A stretch of 64,000 nt of DNA from Brevibacterium luteolum (GTDB lineage: Bacteria > Actinomycetota > Actinomycetes > Actinomycetales > Brevibacteriaceae). The position numbers were made by a program, and so were the translations under genes. Each line of letters begins with the position of its first letter. The stretch's first letter is position 1. Where the stretch lies: positions 1 through 64,000 of the forward strand of contig NZ_JABEMC010000004.1 of the NCBI RefSeq assembly GCF_013004595.1, written 5' to 3'. Shown piece after piece: positions 19,210 to 34,737 of this stretch. The notes beneath the pieces were generated by a model. The model saw only the letters and a list, made by a program, of their open reading frames with translations. It had not been told where the DNA came from and did not search any database.

Positions 19210-20146
19210 CGCCGGGCTCCTCGCTGATGTCGAAGGCGGCCTGGCCGCGGCCGCGCAGGAAGTCGGCGGCGTCCATCATCGCCTTGCCGAAGGGCTGGAT
19301 GCGTTCGACAGCGACGGCACCGTCGCTGGTGCCGATGAGCACAGTGCCGTCAGCGGCGGCTGCGAGCCGGCCGGGCTGCTGCCAGGCGGCGCTGCTGAGG
19401 TCATCGGCGGCGGTGATGCCGGAGAGCTTGGTGCGCTTGCCGTCCATGAGCGCCCATGGGCCCGGTGCTGGGGCGACGCCGTTGGCGCGGGCGACGAGTT
19501 CGGCGGTGGTGGCGGTGAAGGGCAGTTCGGCTTCGTCGGGGGTGATCTTCTCAGCGTGGCTGGTCTCACCGTGCTGTGGGGTGAGTTCGGCGCTGCCGTC
19601 TGCGAGCTGATCGAAGGCGGTGACGAGCAGCTCCGCCCCGGTGCGGGCGTAGGAGTCGAGGACCTCTCCGGCCGGTGCCGAGGGCAGGTCGAGTTCCTGC
19701 TGGGCGAGGACCGGTCCGGTGTCCATGCCGGTGTCGATGCGGAAGACAGTGACTCCTGAGGTCGTCTGTCCGGCCATGAGCGCCCGCTGGACCGGTGCTG
19801 CCCCGCGCCACTGGGGCAGCAGGGAGAAGTGCAGGTTGTACCAGCCGTGCTCACTGATCGACAGGGCACGAGGTCCGGCGATCGCACCGAAGGCGACGAC
19901 GGCGACGACATCGGGGCCGAGGGCTTCGAGTTCGTCGAGGATCTCCCCGCGCAGCCGGGCGGCCTCGAGCACCGGGATGCCGGCGGCAAGGGCGCGCTCC
20001 TTCACCGGGCTCGAGGTCGGCACGCGCTTGCGGCCGACCGGGGCATCGGGGCGGGTGAGCACGGCGATGACCTCATGGTCGGATTCAAGCAGCGCCTCGA
20101 GAGCGGGCACGGCGACGGCGGGGGTTCCTGCGAAGACGATTCTCAC
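19202..20146 (-). CDS. fmt: Methionyl-tRNA formyltransferase
   Basis: IVFAGTP, NLHFSLLPQWRGAAPVQ, GMDTGP. Confidence 0.96.
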   Translation of the reverse strand: MRIVFAGTPAVAVPALEALLESDHEVIAVLTRPDAPVGRKRVPTSSPVKERALAAGIPVLEAARLRGEILDELEALGPDVVAVVAFGAIAGPRALSISEHGWYNLHFSLLPQWRGAAPVQRALMAGQTTSGVTVFRIDTGMDTGPVLAQQELDLPSAPAGEVLDSYARTGAELLVTAFDQLADGSAELTPQHGETSHAEKITPDEAELPFTATTAELVARANGVAPAPGPWALMDGKRTKLSGITAADDLSSAAWQQPGRLAAAADGTVLIGTSDGAVAVERIQPFGKAMMDAADFLRGRGQAAFDISEEPGDA

Positions 20147-20176
20147 CCCGCCAGTCTAACGACCGGGCCGGCCGGT

Positions 20177-22255
20177 TCAGAGCACGTCGGGATCGTCGAC
20201 CCGGGCGAAGACGGACTCCTCATGCCGCATGGACCGGGCGGCGACCTCGGCGGCGATGCGCCGGGTGACAGCAGGACCGGAGGCGATCGTCGTGCCGATG
20301 ATGCGCTCATACGGCTCGTCGTGGGCATAGATGTCCCACACCTCCCCTACCTCGGAGGCCGCAGCGACCACCTCGGCGACGGCGGACCGGTCGCCGCGCA
20401 GGCCGATGGTGCGCACGGCCGGCGGGAAGCGCAACTCGCTGCGCGCCTGGTACTGCTCATCGGCCCAGGCGACGGGTGCGGAGGCGGAGATGACCTGCCG
20501 AATCGAGGGGTCGTCGTCCATGAGCAGGATGCGCCCGCCGTGCTGCCAGCCGCGCACCAGACAGGCGGCCCGCATGCGGCGAGCAATGGCGCGGTCGGTG
20601 GCCTGCAGACCGGGGCCTGGCCACAGCGAGTCGAGCAGCAGGGCCAGGGCGTAGCCGTTGTCTGCATACGGTTCGGCGCCTGTGGTGGCGACGATGATGC
20701 TCGGTTCGTCTGGGACCCGGTCGATGATGTGGCTGCCGCCCGAGCGGATGACCTTGGTGCCGGGGAAGGCGCGGCCGAGTTCTTCAAAGGTGCGCTCGAT
20801 GCCGGCGACGACCGACCGGATGGCGTTGCTGGAGCACTGCGGGCAGGTGAAGGTCTCAGCGCGGAAGCCGCAAGCGCGGCAGGCGAACGGACCGGTCTGG
20901 GAGGCGGCTTCAAGTTTGCCGGCGCACTGCGGGCATTCGATGACGCTGCGGCAGCCAGCACAGGCCACGACCGGCAGGTAGCCGGCACGCGGGACCTGCA
21001 CGAGGACAGGTCCGATGGCCGGGGATTCCGTCGTCCGCCCGATCGCTGCCTGGGTGAGGCGGAAGCCGAGTTCGGGCAGCCGCTGATGCTGGTGCGGCGG
21101 CAGGTCGTCGGGTGGCAGCTGGCAGATCGGGGCCTGTTGGCGATGAACCGGTCCCGGATAGGTGATCTCACCGAACCAGCCGATGCGCACGAGCCGCTGG
21201 ATCTCGACGGTGCGGTTGTAGTCAAGGAACAGGGCTGCACTGCCGGTCTGCTGGATGCGGGTGAGCAGCACCTGGCGGGCGTGCGGGTAGGGGGCGTGCT
21301 GGTCGAGGTAGTTCTCGTCGCCGTCGTCGAGGCAGATGACGAGGCCGATGTCGGATGTCGGGGCGAAGGCGGCGGCGCGGGTGCCGATGATGAGCCGGCC
21401 TGCCCCGTGCAGGGCGCGCACCCAGGCTGACCAGCGGGCGGACTGGCCCTGGTCGGCTGATAGGCGGATGGCCAGCGGCTTGAGGTCGCCGAGGGCGGCG
21501 TCGAGGGCTGAGAGTTCGCGGTGATCGGGTACGAGCCACAGCACCGATCGGCCGGTGCGCAGCACGCGGGCGGCTGCGCGCAGTCCGTAGTGGATCCAGC
21601 CGGTGCCCGGCATGCTTCCTGGCAACAGCGCCATGGCTGCGCGCGGGCCGGCAGGTGGGCGTCCGGTGTCGGTGGCCTCGGACGGTGTATCGCCGATCCA
21701 GGTGTCGAGGGCGGTGAGGTAGTCGGTGAAGTCCGCTGGCTCATCGGTGTGGGCGCTGATCTCATCGCAGATCTGCTGCCGTTCGACTTCGCCCAAGGGT
21801 TCGGGTTCTGCTGCACGGGCGCGCTTCTCAGCCGTCGCGTGCCGGGGCGGGATCGCCAGGCGCAGGACATCGGGCAGGGTGCCGGCATAGCGGGAGGCGA
21901 TCTCCTCGCACAGGGCCCGCAGCCCGGGGGTGAGGACGACGAGGTCGGAGACGACGCGTTCGATGGCGGTGAGTTCGCCGACGTGTTCGGTGCTGTCCTT
22001 GCGGGCGACGACGAATCCGGAGATGAGCCGTCCGGCGAAGCGGACCCGCACGCGCACTCCGGGCTGTGCGTCAGCGGCGAGGCTTTCGGTGACGGCGTAA
22101 TCGAAAGGGCGGGCCAGGTGCGGCAGCTGGGTTTCGACCAGCACCTCGGCGACCGGAAGGTGCGCGGCAGGCGTCTTGCCGCCGCGCACCCTGATGCCGG
22201 TGTCGAGGCCGTCGTCATCGCCGTCGTCGGCGATGAGCCGCGGCTGCTGGCTCAT
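20177..22255 (-). CDS. priA: Primosomal protein N' (replication restart), helicase motifs degenerate
   Basis: N-terminal FDYAV..PGVRVRVRF, IIGTRAAAFAP, four CxxC zinc motifs, GIERTFEEL; between metK and fmt. Confidence 0.9.
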   Translation of the reverse strand: MSQQPRLIADDGDDDGLDTGIRVRGGKTPAAHLPVAEVLVETQLPHLARPFDYAVTESLAADAQPGVRVRVRFAGRLISGFVVARKDSTEHVGELTAIERVVSDLVVLTPGLRALCEEIASRYAGTLPDVLRLAIPPRHATAEKRARAAEPEPLGEVERQQICDEISAHTDEPADFTDYLTALDTWIGDTPSEATDTGRPPAGPRAAMALLPGSMPGTGWIHYGLRAAARVLRTGRSVLWLVPDHRELSALDAALGDLKPLAIRLSADQGQSARWSAWVRALHGAGRLIIGTRAAAFAPTSDIGLVICLDDGDENYLDQHAPYPHARQVLLTRIQQTGSAALFLDYNRTVEIQRLVRIGWFGEITYPGPVHRQQAPICQLPPDDLPPHQHQRLPELGFRLTQAAIGRTTESPAIGPVLVQVPRAGYLPVVACAGCRSVIECPQCAGKLEAASQTGPFACRACGFRAETFTCPQCSSNAIRSVVAGIERTFEELGRAFPGTKVIRSGGSHIIDRVPDEPSIIVATTGAEPYADNGYALALLLDSLWPGPGLQATDRAIARRMRAACLVRGWQHGGRILLMDDDPSIRQVISASAPVAWADEQYQARSELRFPPAVRTIGLRGDRSAVAEVVAAASEVGEVWDIYAHDEPYERIIGTTIASGPAVTRRIAAEVAARSMRHEESVFARVDDPDVL

Positions 22256-22276
22256 GTGTCTGCTCCCCTGACCGGG

Positions 22277-23476
22277 TCAGGAGCACAGGCGGCGCAGGTC
22301 CTCGGCGCGATCCGTGCGCTCCCACGTGAAGTTCTCAACGGTGCGCCCGAAGTGACCGTGGGTGGCGGTCTCGGTGTAGATCGGGCGCTTGAGGTCGAGG
22401 CTCTTGATGATCATCGACGGGCGCAGGTCGAAGACCTCGCGGATGGCCGCTTCGATGCGGGCCGGGTCGACGGTTTCGGTGCCGAAGGTCTCGACGTAGA
22501 GGCCGACCGGGCGGGCGGAGCCGATCGCGTAGGCGACCTGCACTTCGCAGCGGCGGGCCAGGCCGGCGGCGACGACGTTCTTGGCCACCCAGCGCATCGC
22601 ATAGGCACCGGAGCGGTCGACCTTCGAGGGGTCCTTGCCGGAGAACGCTCCGCCGCCGTGGCGGGCGAAGCCGCCGTAGGTGTCGACGATGATCTTGCGG
22701 CCGGTCAGTCCGGCGTCGCCCATCGGGCCGCCGACAACGAACGGGCCGGCGGGGTTGATGTAGAACTTCGTGGCGGCGGTGTCGAGGCTGAAGTCGGCGA
22801 GCACCGGTTCGATGACCTCGCGCTTGACGTCGGCTTCGAGCTGGTGCTGGCCGATCGCGGCATCGTGCTGGGTGGAGACGACAAGTGCCTCGACGGTGCA
22901 GGCGGTGTCGCCGTCGTAGCCGATCGTCACCTGGGTCTTGCCGTCGGGCCGCAGGTAGTCCAGCCGGCCGGACTTGCGCACCCGGCTCAGCTGTTCGCTC
23001 AGCCGGTGCGCCAGGTGGATCGGCAGGGGCATGAGCACGTCGGTGGAATCATCGGCGTAGCCGAACATGAGCCCCTGGTCGCCGGCGCCGAGCAGCGAGT
23101 CGGCATCTTCGACCTCGCCGCCGGTGCGGTGTTCAAGGGAGGTGGTGACAGCATCGGCGATGTTCTGCGACTGCGCGCCGATCGAGACGGACACGCCGCA
23201 GGAGTGGCCGTCGAAGCCCTTTTCGGAGGAGTCGTAGCCGATGCCGGTGATGATTCTGCGAGCGATGCCGGCGACATCGGCGTAGCCGTCTGTCGAGACT
23301 TCACCGGCGACGTGGACGAGGCCGGTGGTGACCATCGTCTCGACGGCGACGCGGGCGTTGGGGTCCTGGCTCAGCAGTTCGTCGAGGACGCCGTCGCTGA
23401 TCTGGTCGCAGATCTTGTCGGGGTGTCCTTCGGTGACGGACTCTGAGGTGAATTGGCGAAGATGTTGTGTGCTCAC
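22277..23476 (-). CDS. metK: S-adenosylmethionine synthase
   Basis: [42 protein letters not shown]. Confidence 0.98.
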   Translation of the reverse strand: MSTQHLRQFTSESVTEGHPDKICDQISDGVLDELLSQDPNARVAVETMVTTGLVHVAGEVSTDGYADVAGIARRIITGIGYDSSEKGFDGHSCGVSVSIGAQSQNIADAVTTSLEHRTGGEVEDADSLLGAGDQGLMFGYADDSTDVLMPLPIHLAHRLSEQLSRVRKSGRLDYLRPDGKTQVTIGYDGDTACTVEALVVSTQHDAAIGQHQLEADVKREVIEPVLADFSLDTAATKFYINPAGPFVVGGPMGDAGLTGRKIIVDTYGGFARHGGGAFSGKDPSKVDRSGAYAMRWVAKNVVAAGLARRCEVQVAYAIGSARPVGLYVETFGTETVDPARIEAAIREVFDLRPSMIIKSLDLKRPIYTETATHGHFGRTVENFTWERTDRAEDLRRLCS

Positions 23477-23485
23477 CCGGCCATC

Positions 23486-24757
23486 CTATCGATTCGCACG
23501 GACAGCGACAGCGGCCATGACTTCCTGCGACACATTCTCCTTCGACCCGGCCGTGCGCAGCACCTCGCGCACACCGGCACTCTCACCAGCGGTTCCACCC
23601 TCGGAGGCGTCAGCATCAATGCGTTCGTAGACGACGAGGCTGTTGTCATCGCGGTCGAAGGCCTGGCCGGCGGAGACGTCGTTGAGCACGAGCATGTCGC
23701 AGCCCTTGCGCAGCAGCTTCTGCTGGGCGAGCTGTTCGGCACTGGCGTCCGGGGAGCCGGTCTCGGCGGCGAATCCGATGATCGTCTGACCCTCGGCGCG
23801 GGTGTCGACGAGACCGGCGAGGATGTCGGGGTTCTGCACGAGTTCGATCGTCAGTCCGGAGTCCCCGGATTTCTTCATCTTGTGCGCGGCGGTCTCAGCC
23901 GGCCGGTAGTCGGCAACGGCAGCGCACATCATGATGATGTCAGCATCGGGCTGGGCGGCTTGGGCGGCGTCCTGCAGCTCGGCGGTCGTCTCGATGCCGG
24001 TGACGGTGATCCGGTCGCTGAGGTTCTCCAGCAGCCGATCGTCGACGTTGGCGGCGATGAGGGTGACATCGGCACCGAGTGCTGCTGCGGCGCGGGCCAG
24101 GGCGATGCCCTGTTTGCCTGAGGACCGGTTGCCGAGGAAGCGCACCGGGTCGAGCGGCTCGCGGGTGCCGCCGGCGGTGATGAGCACGCGCCGGCCGGCA
24201 AGTGCCGCCTCGGTCTCCGTTCCCGAGGTGCGGGTCCGGTGGACGTCGAGGGCTGCGGTGACGATGTCCTCGGGTTCGGGCAGCCGTCCGGGACCGGAGT
24301 CGGCTCCGGTGAGCCGGCCGCTGGCCGGTTCGATGACATGGATGCCGCGTTTGCGCAGCACTGTGACGTTGTCCACGGTGGCGGGATTGAGCCACATCTC
24401 GGTGTGCATCGCAGGTGCGAGCACCACCGGTGCGGTGGTGGAGATGACGGTGGCGGTCAGCAGGTCATCGGCGCGTCCGGCGCGCAGCCGGGCGATGAGG
24501 TCGGCAGTCGCCGGGGCGATGAGCACGAGATCGGCGTGCTGGCCGATGCGGATGTGCTCGACTTCGTCGATGCGTTCGAACACGCTCGTCTGCACCGGCT
24601 GGCCGCTCAGGGCCTCCCAGGTGGCAGCGCCGACGAAGGTGAGCGCCGAGGCAGTGGGCACGACCTTGACGGTGTGCCCGAGTTCTCGCAGGGCGCGGAC
24701 GACATGACAGGCCTTGTAGGCCGCGATGCCGCCGCTGACCCCTACGACGATGTTCAC
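23486..24757 (-). CDS. coaBC: Phosphopantothenoylcysteine decarboxylase / phosphopantothenate-cysteine ligase
   Basis: [49 protein letters not shown]. Confidence 0.96.
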   Translation of the reverse strand: MNIVVGVSGGIAAYKACHVVRALRELGHTVKVVPTASALTFVGAATWEALSGQPVQTSVFERIDEVEHIRIGQHADLVLIAPATADLIARLRAGRADDLLTATVISTTAPVVLAPAMHTEMWLNPATVDNVTVLRKRGIHVIEPASGRLTGADSGPGRLPEPEDIVTAALDVHRTRTSGTETEAALAGRRVLITAGGTREPLDPVRFLGNRSSGKQGIALARAAAALGADVTLIAANVDDRLLENLSDRITVTGIETTAELQDAAQAAQPDADIIMMCAAVADYRPAETAAHKMKKSGDSGLTIELVQNPDILAGLVDTRAEGQTIIGFAAETGSPDASAEQLAQQKLLRKGCDMLVLNDVSAGQAFDRDDNSLVVYERIDADASEGGTAGESAGVREVLRTAGSKENVSQEVMAAVAVRANR

Positions 24758-25092
24758 TGCTCGGTGGGGGTGTCGAAGCTCAGGTCGATGTCGGCTTCAG
24801 CGGTCTCGAAGTCCTCGATGACCGGCGCGGCGAAGTCCTCTTCACGCGGCTCGCGGATGAGGATTTTGCCCTCGTTGACCTCGCGCAGGGCGATCGACAG
24901 CGGCTTCTCGTTCGGCTCCGGGGTCACCAGCGGGCCGACGTTCTCGAGCAGGCCTTCCTGGAGCTGCGCGTAGTAGGCATTGATCTGCCGGGCGCGGCGA
25001 GCCGATTCGATGACGAGTTCGTACTTCGAATCCGTCACCGCCAGCAGGTCGTCGATCGGCGGATTGGTGATACCTTTCGGTTCAGCGGACAC
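24754..25092 (-). CDS. rpoZ: RNA polymerase omega subunit
   Basis: [38 protein letters not shown]. Confidence 0.96.
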   Translation of the reverse strand: MSAEPKGITNPPIDDLLAVTDSKYELVIESARRARQINAYYAQLQEGLLENVGPLVTPEPNEKPLSIALREVNEGKILIREPREEDFAAPVIEDFETAEADIDLSFDTPTEQ

Positions 25093-25102
25093 TCAAACTC
25101 CA

Positions 25103-25678
25103 TCAGTTGTCGGGGGTGTTGTCGATTGACAACCCCATCAATGTTACTAGTTCCTCGGCGGCTTCTGAAATGTCGTGGTTGATGACGGTGTGGTCGAACT
25201 CGGTCTCAGCGGCGAGTTCTTCCTTCGCAGTCTCCAGCCGGCGGGCCTGTTCCTCTTCGGATTCGGTGCCGCGGCCGATGAGCCGGCGGACGAGCTCATC
25301 CCAACTCGGTGGGCCGAGGAACACGAACCTCGCCTCGGGCATCGTCTCCTTGACCTGGCGGGCGCCCTGCAGGTCGATCTCCAGCAGCGGATGCGAACCG
25401 GCTTCGAGCGCTTCGCGCACCGGTTTCGCGGGCGTGCCGTAGCGGTACCGGCCGTGCACGGTTGCGTATTCGAGGAGTTCACCGTCGTCGATCATCCGAT
25501 CGAATTCCTCTTCGGTCACGAAGTAGTAGTCGACGCCGTCGCGTTCGCCCTCACGCGGTGGGCGCGTGGTGGCGGATACGGAGAACCAGATCTGTGGGAA
25601 GTTTCTGCGGATGTGTGCGCCGACGGTGCCTTTGCCGACGGCGGTCGGTCCTGCCAGAACAGTCAGTCGTTGTGTCAC
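25103..25678 (-). CDS. gmk: Guanylate kinase
   Basis: [35 protein letters not shown]. Confidence 0.96.
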   Translation of the reverse strand: MTQRLTVLAGPTAVGKGTVGAHIRRNFPQIWFSVSATTRPPREGERDGVDYYFVTEEEFDRMIDDGELLEYATVHGRYRYGTPAKPVREALEAGSHPLLEIDLQGARQVKETMPEARFVFLGPPSWDELVRRLIGRGTESEEEQARRLETAKEELAAETEFDHTVINHDISEAAEELVTLMGLSIDNTPDN

Positions 25679-25992
25679 GCGGTTTCGAATCTCTCCAGGA
25701 GTGCGGCCTTCTGGTGCACACCGAGGCCTTTGAGTCGCCGGGATTCGGCGATGCCGATCTGCTCCATGAGCACTGAGGCGCGGCGTTTTCCGACGCCGGG
25801 CATGGAGCGCAGCAGGTCATGAACCTTCATCTTGCTCAGTGCTTCGTCGTCTGCTGCTTCCTTCAGGACTGTCGACAGGGATTTCTCACCGCACTTCAGT
25901 GCGGCCTTGGCATCTGCCCGAGCCTGCCTGGCCTTGAACGCTTTGTCGAGTGCTGCAGAACGCTGTTCGGGTGTCAGGGGTTGGAGAGCCAC
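25675..25992 (-). CDS. mihF: Actinobacterial integration host factor (mIHF/sIHF)
   Basis: [36 protein letters not shown]. Confidence 0.93.
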   Translation of the reverse strand: MALQPLTPEQRSAALDKAFKARQARADAKAALKCGEKSLSTVLKEAADDEALSKMKVHDLLRSMPGVGKRRASVLMEQIGIAESRRLKGLGVHQKAALLERFETA

Positions 25993-26033
25993 GTCTACTC
26001 CTTAGTGGTCCAGTCCGCATCAGCAGATTTGTA

Positions 26034-26905
26034 TCAGTGTAGACCGTCTGCACCGGTGAGCGCACGGGTCGTTTCCCGGATGCGCTCCTGAAGCGCCGGA
26101 ATCGCCGGCCCTGCTGAGAGGATCGTGCGTCCGGCATTCACAATGACACGGCCGTCTGCGAACGCTGCTCCGAACACGGAGTGCAGATCCTCGACTCCCC
26201 CGCCCTGAGCGCCGTAGCCCGGTGCCAGGATCGGGTAGTCGCCTGCAGTCAGGTCGATGCCGAGGTCGCGGGCGGCAGTGCCGGTGGTCGCGCCGATGAC
26301 GACGCCGAGGCGTGGGGCACCGAGCTGTGCGTTGACGTCCCGGACGCCTGCGATCACCTCGGCGGCGACCGATGGGCCGCCGGAGGTGCGCGCATGCTGG
26401 ACGCTGGCCCCATCTGGATTCGAGGTCAGTGCGAGGACGAATGCGCCGGTGCCGTAGGTGCGTGCGCACTCGAAGGCCGGTTCGAGTGAGCCGAAGCCCA
26501 GGTACGGCGAGAGGGTCACGGCGTGGGCGTACAGCGGGGAGGCCGGGTTCATGTAGGCCTCGGCGTAGCCTGCCATTGTCGAGCCGATGTCTCCACGTTT
26601 GATGTCGAGGATCGTCGACAGCCCGGCATCGTGGGCAGCAGCGAGGACGTCTTCGAGGGCGGCGAGGCCGCGGGAGCCGTGGCGTTCGAAGAACGCCGCC
26701 TGCGGTTTGACCGTCCCGCACTCCCCTGCCGCCGCCTCGACGACGCGCAGCCCGAAGTCGCGCACCCCGGCTGCCGAATCCGGCAGCGACCAGTCGGCCA
26801 GCAGCCCGGCGTGTGGGTCGATGCCGACGCACAGCCGGGTCCGGTTGGCCTGCGGCCAGTCGCGTCCGTAGTCGCGCTCGGGCTGGGCGCCCGTGTCGTG
26901 TTGGC

Positions 26906-26909
<4 letters not shown>
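26034..26909 (-). CDS. pyrF: Orotidine-5'-phosphate decarboxylase
   Basis: [35 protein letters not shown]. Confidence 0.95.
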
Positions 26910-30170
<3,261 letters not shown>

Positions 30171-30178
<8 letters not shown>

Positions 30179-31361
30179 GTGCGTTGTCTCCTTCGCTGGT
30201 CTCGATGCTCGGGGTGACGGTGGCGGCGCCGTCGAGCAGTTCGATGAACCGGTCGAACAGGTCGCGGGCGTCGTGCGGCCCGGCAGCGGATTCGGGGTGG
30301 AACTGAACGGAGAACGCCGGCAGGTCGAGGCAGCGCAGGCCTTCGACGACGTCGTCGTTGAGTCCGATGTAGCTGACCTCCACTCGGCCGAGGTGCTCAC
30401 CGGCAGGCGCGGTGACGACCGCGCGCAGCGGGGCGTCGACGGCAAAGCCGTGATTCTGGGTGGTGATGTGGACCCGTCCGTTGGCGGTGTCGAGGACCGG
30501 CTGGTTCGAGCCGCGGTGGCCGAAGGGCAGCTTGTAGGTCTCGAAACCCAGTGCCCGGCCGAGCAGCTGGTTGCCGAAGCAGATGCCGAAGAACGGGATC
30601 TTGGCCTCCAGCACGCGGGCGAGCACGTCGACGGCGTTCGTCACGCTCGCCGGGTCGCCGGGCCCGTTGGAGAAGAACACGCCGTCGGGGTCCAGCTCGG
30701 TGAGTTGTTCGAAGGTGAAGTCGGCCGGCACGACGGTCGTCTCGATGCCGCGGGCGGCGAACTGGTCGAGAGTTGTCGTCTTGATGCCGAGGTCGTAGGC
30801 GACGACGCTGTGCTTCTTCTCCCCTTCAGCCGGGATCGTGTACGGCTGCTCGCAGGTGACTTCTGCGCTCAGGTTCGCCCCTGCCATCGGTTCGGCAGCG
30901 CGCACCTCGGCGAGCAGCTCTGCGTTCGGGCGCTGCGCCTCGGGACCGGAGAAGATCCCGGCGCGCATCGCGCCTTTGTCCCGCAGGTGGCGGGTGAGTG
31001 CGCGGGTGTCGATGTCGGTGATGCCGACGATGCCGCGGTCGGCCAGCCGGGCTTCGAGGTCGCCGGTGGCCCGCCAGTTCGACCGGCGGCGGGCGGCGTC
31101 GCGGACGACGTAGCCGGCGACCCAGATGTCGCGGGATTCGTCGTCTTCGTCGTTGACGCCGGTGTTGCCGATGTGCGGCATCGTCTGGATGACGATCTGG
31201 CGCCGGTACGACGGGTCGGTCAGGGTCTCCTGGTAGCCGGTCATCGAGGTGACGAACACGGCCTCGCCGGTGGTCGAGCCCTCAGCGCCGTAGGCGCGGC
31301 CGGTCAGTGTGCGGCCGTCGTCGAGGACGAGAACGGCAGGTGGGCGCTGGTGCAGGGTCAT
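30171..31361 (-). CDS. carA: Carbamoyl-phosphate synthase small subunit
   Basis: [30 protein letters not shown]. Confidence 0.97.
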
Positions 31362-31852
31362 GAGTCCTCCCCGAGGAGCTGGCGGATGGAATTCAGTGTC
31401 GGTGTGCGGTCGGCTGCGTGCCGGGGGCGGAAGCCGGTGTCGACGAGGGTGTCGCCGAGCCGCCAGGTGATGATGATGAGCCCGTCGCGTTCGACGAATT
31501 TGCCGATCATCCCCGAGTCGGTGCGCACGGCTTCAAGGTCGGCGGTGGGGATGAGCATGTCGGGCACGCCGTCGCGGTCGAGGACGATGCCGGTGCCGCT
31601 GATGCCCAGTGAGGCGGTGGTGCGCACGCCGAGGTGGTGGACGGCGACGCGTTCGAGCGGTTCGGCGGCCAGGGTGGTCGCCACATAGGTGCCCGCGACC
31701 GGAGGTGAGCTGAGCTTAAGGTCGGCTGCCGGCGCCTCAGGAGCAGGGATGCCGGACTGCCGATGCTTCCGGGACCGCCAGCCCAGCCACATGAGAGCGA
31801 AGAACACGACGATGACGGCTGCGACGATGAGGGTCGGGATCAGGCGATCCAT
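31358..31852 (-). CDS. Membrane-anchored conserved protein (PH-like) between pyrC and carA
   Basis: N-terminal TM helix, then GTYVATT..PLERV, GKFVERDG, DTGFRP. An ORF of this type is common in actinobacterial pyr operons. Confidence 0.8.
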   Translation of the reverse strand: MDRLIPTLIVAAVIVVFFALMWLGWRSRKHRQSGIPAPEAPAADLKLSSPPVAGTYVATTLAAEPLERVAVHHLGVRTTASLGISGTGIVLDRDGVPDMLIPTADLEAVRTDSGMIGKFVERDGLIIITWRLGDTLVDTGFRPRHAADRTPTLNSIRQLLGEDS

Positions 31853-33153
31853 GTGCCGCCTCTCGTGATCGGGTGCGGGTCGGACAGCTGGGAGTCGGTG
31901 ACGACGCGGTGGCCGTAGAGAATCGTGTGCACGATCCGGGAGGACACCTCGATCCCGGCGAATGGGTTGTTGCGTCCCATCGTCGCGTGCGCATCTGGGG
32001 TGATCCGGTCTGCGGCCTCCGGGTCGACGAGCACGAGGTTGGCACCGGTGCCGATCTCCAGGCTGCCCTGTTCGCGCAGGCCGGAGATCCGTGCCGGTGT
32101 GGTCGACATGACGCGGGCGATATCGGCCCATCCGAAGTCGTAGTCGGCCATCGCCTCGACGACGATCGGCAGCGCTGACTCCATGCCGACCATGCCCATC
32201 GCCGCAGCGGTCCATTCGCAGCACTTGTGCTCGGACGGGTGCGGGGCGTGGTCGGTGCCGATGATGTCGATGGTGCCGTCGGCCAGGCCGGCGCGCACGG
32301 CGTCGACATCGGCCCGGGTGCGCAGCGGCGGGTTGACCTTGTAGACGGGGTCGAAGCTGCGGACGAGCTCATCGGTGAGCATGAGGTGGTGCGGGGTGAC
32401 CTCGGCGGTGACCTGCACGCCGCGGGACTTCGCCCAGCGCACGAGGTCGACCGCGCCCTTGGTCGACAGGTGGCAGATGTGCAGGCGGGAGCCGACGTGC
32501 TCGGCGAGCAGGATGTCGCGGGCGATGATCGCCTCCTCGGCCACCGCCGGCCAGCCGGGCAGGCCGAGTTCGGCAGACACGACGCCTTCGTTCATCTGGG
32601 CGTCTTCGGTCAGCCGGGGCTCCTGGGAGTGCTGGGCGATGACTCCGCCGAAGGTCTTGACGTACTCCAGGGCGCGGCGCATGATGAGCGGATCGAACAC
32701 GCACAGCCCGTCGTCGGAGAAGATCGTCACCCCGGCAGCCGAGCGTGCCATCGCTCCGAGTTCGGCCAGCTGGGTGCCCTTCTGCCCGACGGTGACCGCG
32801 CCGATCGGCACGACCTCGGTGTAGCCGGCTTCGCGGCCGAGGTGGTAGACCTGCTCGACGACGCCGGCGGTGTCGGCCACCGGTGCGGTGTTGGCCATCG
32901 CGTGCACGGCAGTGAAGCCGCCGCGGGCGGCTGACTGGGAGCCGGTGAGCACGGTCTCGGCGTCTTCGCGGCCGGGTTCGCGCAGGTGGGTGTGCAGGTC
33001 GACGAGGCCGGGCAGGGCGATGAGCCCGGTGGCGTCGATGACCTCATCAGGGCTGGTGAGCGAGGCCGGGTCGACGAAGCGGCCGTGATCGATCGCGATG
33101 TCGCCGGTCTCCTTGCCGAGGATGTTCGCACCGCGGATGAGCAGCGATGTCAT
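31840..33153 (-). CDS. pyrC: Dihydroorotase
   Basis: [44 protein letters not shown]. Confidence 0.96.
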   Translation of the reverse strand: MTSLLIRGANILGKETGDIAIDHGRFVDPASLTSPDEVIDATGLIALPGLVDLHTHLREPGREDAETVLTGSQSAARGGFTAVHAMANTAPVADTAGVVEQVYHLGREAGYTEVVPIGAVTVGQKGTQLAELGAMARSAAGVTIFSDDGLCVFDPLIMRRALEYVKTFGGVIAQHSQEPRLTEDAQMNEGVVSAELGLPGWPAVAEEAIIARDILLAEHVGSRLHICHLSTKGAVDLVRWAKSRGVQVTAEVTPHHLMLTDELVRSFDPVYKVNPPLRTRADVDAVRAGLADGTIDIIGTDHAPHPSEHKCCEWTAAAMGMVGMESALPIVVEAMADYDFGWADIARVMSTTPARISGLREQGSLEIGTGANLVLVDPEAADRITPDAHATMGRNNPFAGIEVSSRIVHTILYGHRVVTDSQLSDPHPITRGGTWIA

Positions 33154-34124
33154 AGGGCACCTTCCTTACCGGTGAGCAGACTGTAGAGCACGGCCATGCG
33201 CACGGCCACGCCGTTCTCCACCTGGTTGAGGATGACCGCGCGCGGAGAGTCGGCCGCCTGGGCGCAGATCTCGAAGCCGCGGTTCATCGGGCCCGGATGC
33301 ATGATCGCCGTGTGCTCGGGCAGTCGGTTGTAGCGGGTGGCGGTCAGGCCCCACAGCCGGCTGTACTCGCGGGTGTTGGGGAAGAACGACTGGTGCATCC
33401 GCTCGAACTGCACGCGCAGCATCATGACCGCGTCGAAGTCATAGGCGTCGAGGGCGTTGTCGAAGTCGTAGAACACCTCGGCCGGCCAGGTGTCGACACC
33501 CCACGGCAGCAGGGTCGGCGGGGCGATGAGCACGACCCGGGCGCCGAGGGTGGTGAGCAGGTGGACGTTCGAGCGCGCGACCCGGGAGTGGAGGATGTCG
33601 CCGACGACGGCGACGGTGGTGCCGGCCAGGTCGGTGCCGCGGGCGCTGCCTCCCGGTCCCGAGGCCGGCGATCCGGTGAGCGTGCGCCGCAGGGTGAAGG
33701 AGTCGAGCAGCGCCTGGGTGGGGTGCTCGTGCGTGCCGTCGCCGGCGTTGACGACCCCGGCGTCAATCCAGCCGGTGGTGGCCAGCCGGTAGGGGGTGCC
33801 GGAGCCGTTGTGGCGGACGACGACGGCGTCTGCGCCCATCGCGCCGAGCGTCTGGGCGGTGTCCTGCAGACTCTCGCCCTTTGACACACTCGAGCCCTTG
33901 GCGGAGAAGTTGATGACGTCGGCTGAGAGTCGCTTGGCGGCGGCTTCGAAGGAGATGCGGGTGCGGGTGGAGTCCTCGAAGAAGAGGTTGACGACGGTGT
34001 GGCCGCGCAACACCGGCAGCTTCTTCACCGAGTGGGTGCTGACCTGGGTCATCTCCTCGGCGACGTCGAGGAGGCCGATGGCGTCCTCCCGGCTGAGGTC
34101 TGCGGTCGACAGGAGGTGCTTCAT
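33150..34124 (-). CDS. pyrB: Aspartate carbamoyltransferase catalytic subunit
   Basis: [36 protein letters not shown]. Confidence 0.97.
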   Translation of the reverse strand: MKHLLSTADLSREDAIGLLDVAEEMTQVSTHSVKKLPVLRGHTVVNLFFEDSTRTRISFEAAAKRLSADVINFSAKGSSVSKGESLQDTAQTLGAMGADAVVVRHNGSGTPYRLATTGWIDAGVVNAGDGTHEHPTQALLDSFTLRRTLTGSPASGPGGSARGTDLAGTTVAVVGDILHSRVARSNVHLLTTLGARVVLIAPPTLLPWGVDTWPAEVFYDFDNALDAYDFDAVMMLRVQFERMHQSFFPNTREYSRLWGLTATRYNRLPEHTAIMHPGPMNRGFEICAQAADSPRAVILNQVENGVAVRMAVLYSLLTGKEGAL

Positions 34125-34693
34125 GCCGGGTCTCCCTCCGCCTCGGCGGTCTCGGGCCAGGAGATCGTGACGGTGTCCTCACTGTCGATCTCTTCGAGGC
34201 CAACGAAGACGCGCTCGTCGACGGCGGTCGGGAGGTTCTTCCCGACGTGGTCGGCGCGGATCGGCAGGCAGCGGTGGCCGCGGTCGACGAGCACGGCCAG
34301 CCGGACGGCCGCCGGGCGTCCAATGTCGGCGATCGCATCGAGAGCTGCGCGGATGGTGCGCCCGGAGAACAGCACATCGTCGACGAGCACGACGGTGCGC
34401 CCGTCGATGCCGCCGGGCGGGATGTGGGTGGGTTCGGGTGCGCGCAGCTTGCCGTGGCGCAGGTCGTCGCGGTACATCGTGATGTCGAGGCTGCCGCAGA
34501 TCTGGGCGGGATCGACGCCGCGTTCGATGTCGGCGATCCTGGCGGTCAGCCGCTGTGCCAGCGGGACGCCGCGGGTGGGAATGCCGAGGATGATGAGGTC
34601 GCCGGCACCTTTGTTGCTCTCGAGGATCTCATGGGCAATCCGCGTGATGGCGCGGGATATCTCGTCGGCGTTCAGTACAGTGCGAACACGCAT
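34121..34693 (-). CDS. pyrR: Bifunctional pyr regulator / uracil phosphoribosyltransferase
   Basis: [41 protein letters not shown]. Confidence 0.96.
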   Translation of the reverse strand: MRVRTVLNADEISRAITRIAHEILESNKGAGDLIILGIPTRGVPLAQRLTARIADIERGVDPAQICGSLDITMYRDDLRHGKLRAPEPTHIPPGGIDGRTVVLVDDVLFSGRTIRAALDAIADIGRPAAVRLAVLVDRGHRCLPIRADHVGKNLPTAVDERVFVGLEEIDSEDTVTISWPETAEAEGDPA

Positions 34694-34699
34694 GTGCGG

Positions 34700-34737
34700 T
34701 CCCCCTTCTCCGCCTCACGGGACGGTGGTTAAAGGAG
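34700..34737 (-). promoter_or_regulatory. PyrR-binding RNA element abutting the pyrR Shine-Dalgarno
   Basis: Minus strand CTCCTTTAACCACCGTCCCGTGAGGCGGAGAAGGGGG contains CUUUAA and a GUCCnGnGAGGC terminal motif. TACACT -10 at 34753-34758. Confidence 0.85.

Noticed and set aside
21521..23446. Long plus-strand ORFs antisense to core genes (also 19829-21430, 26813-28366, 30120-31688, 44265-45965, 50346-52094)
   Set aside because: Shadow ORFs expected from high-GC codon bias; they fully overlap recognisable genes and show no protein motifs.
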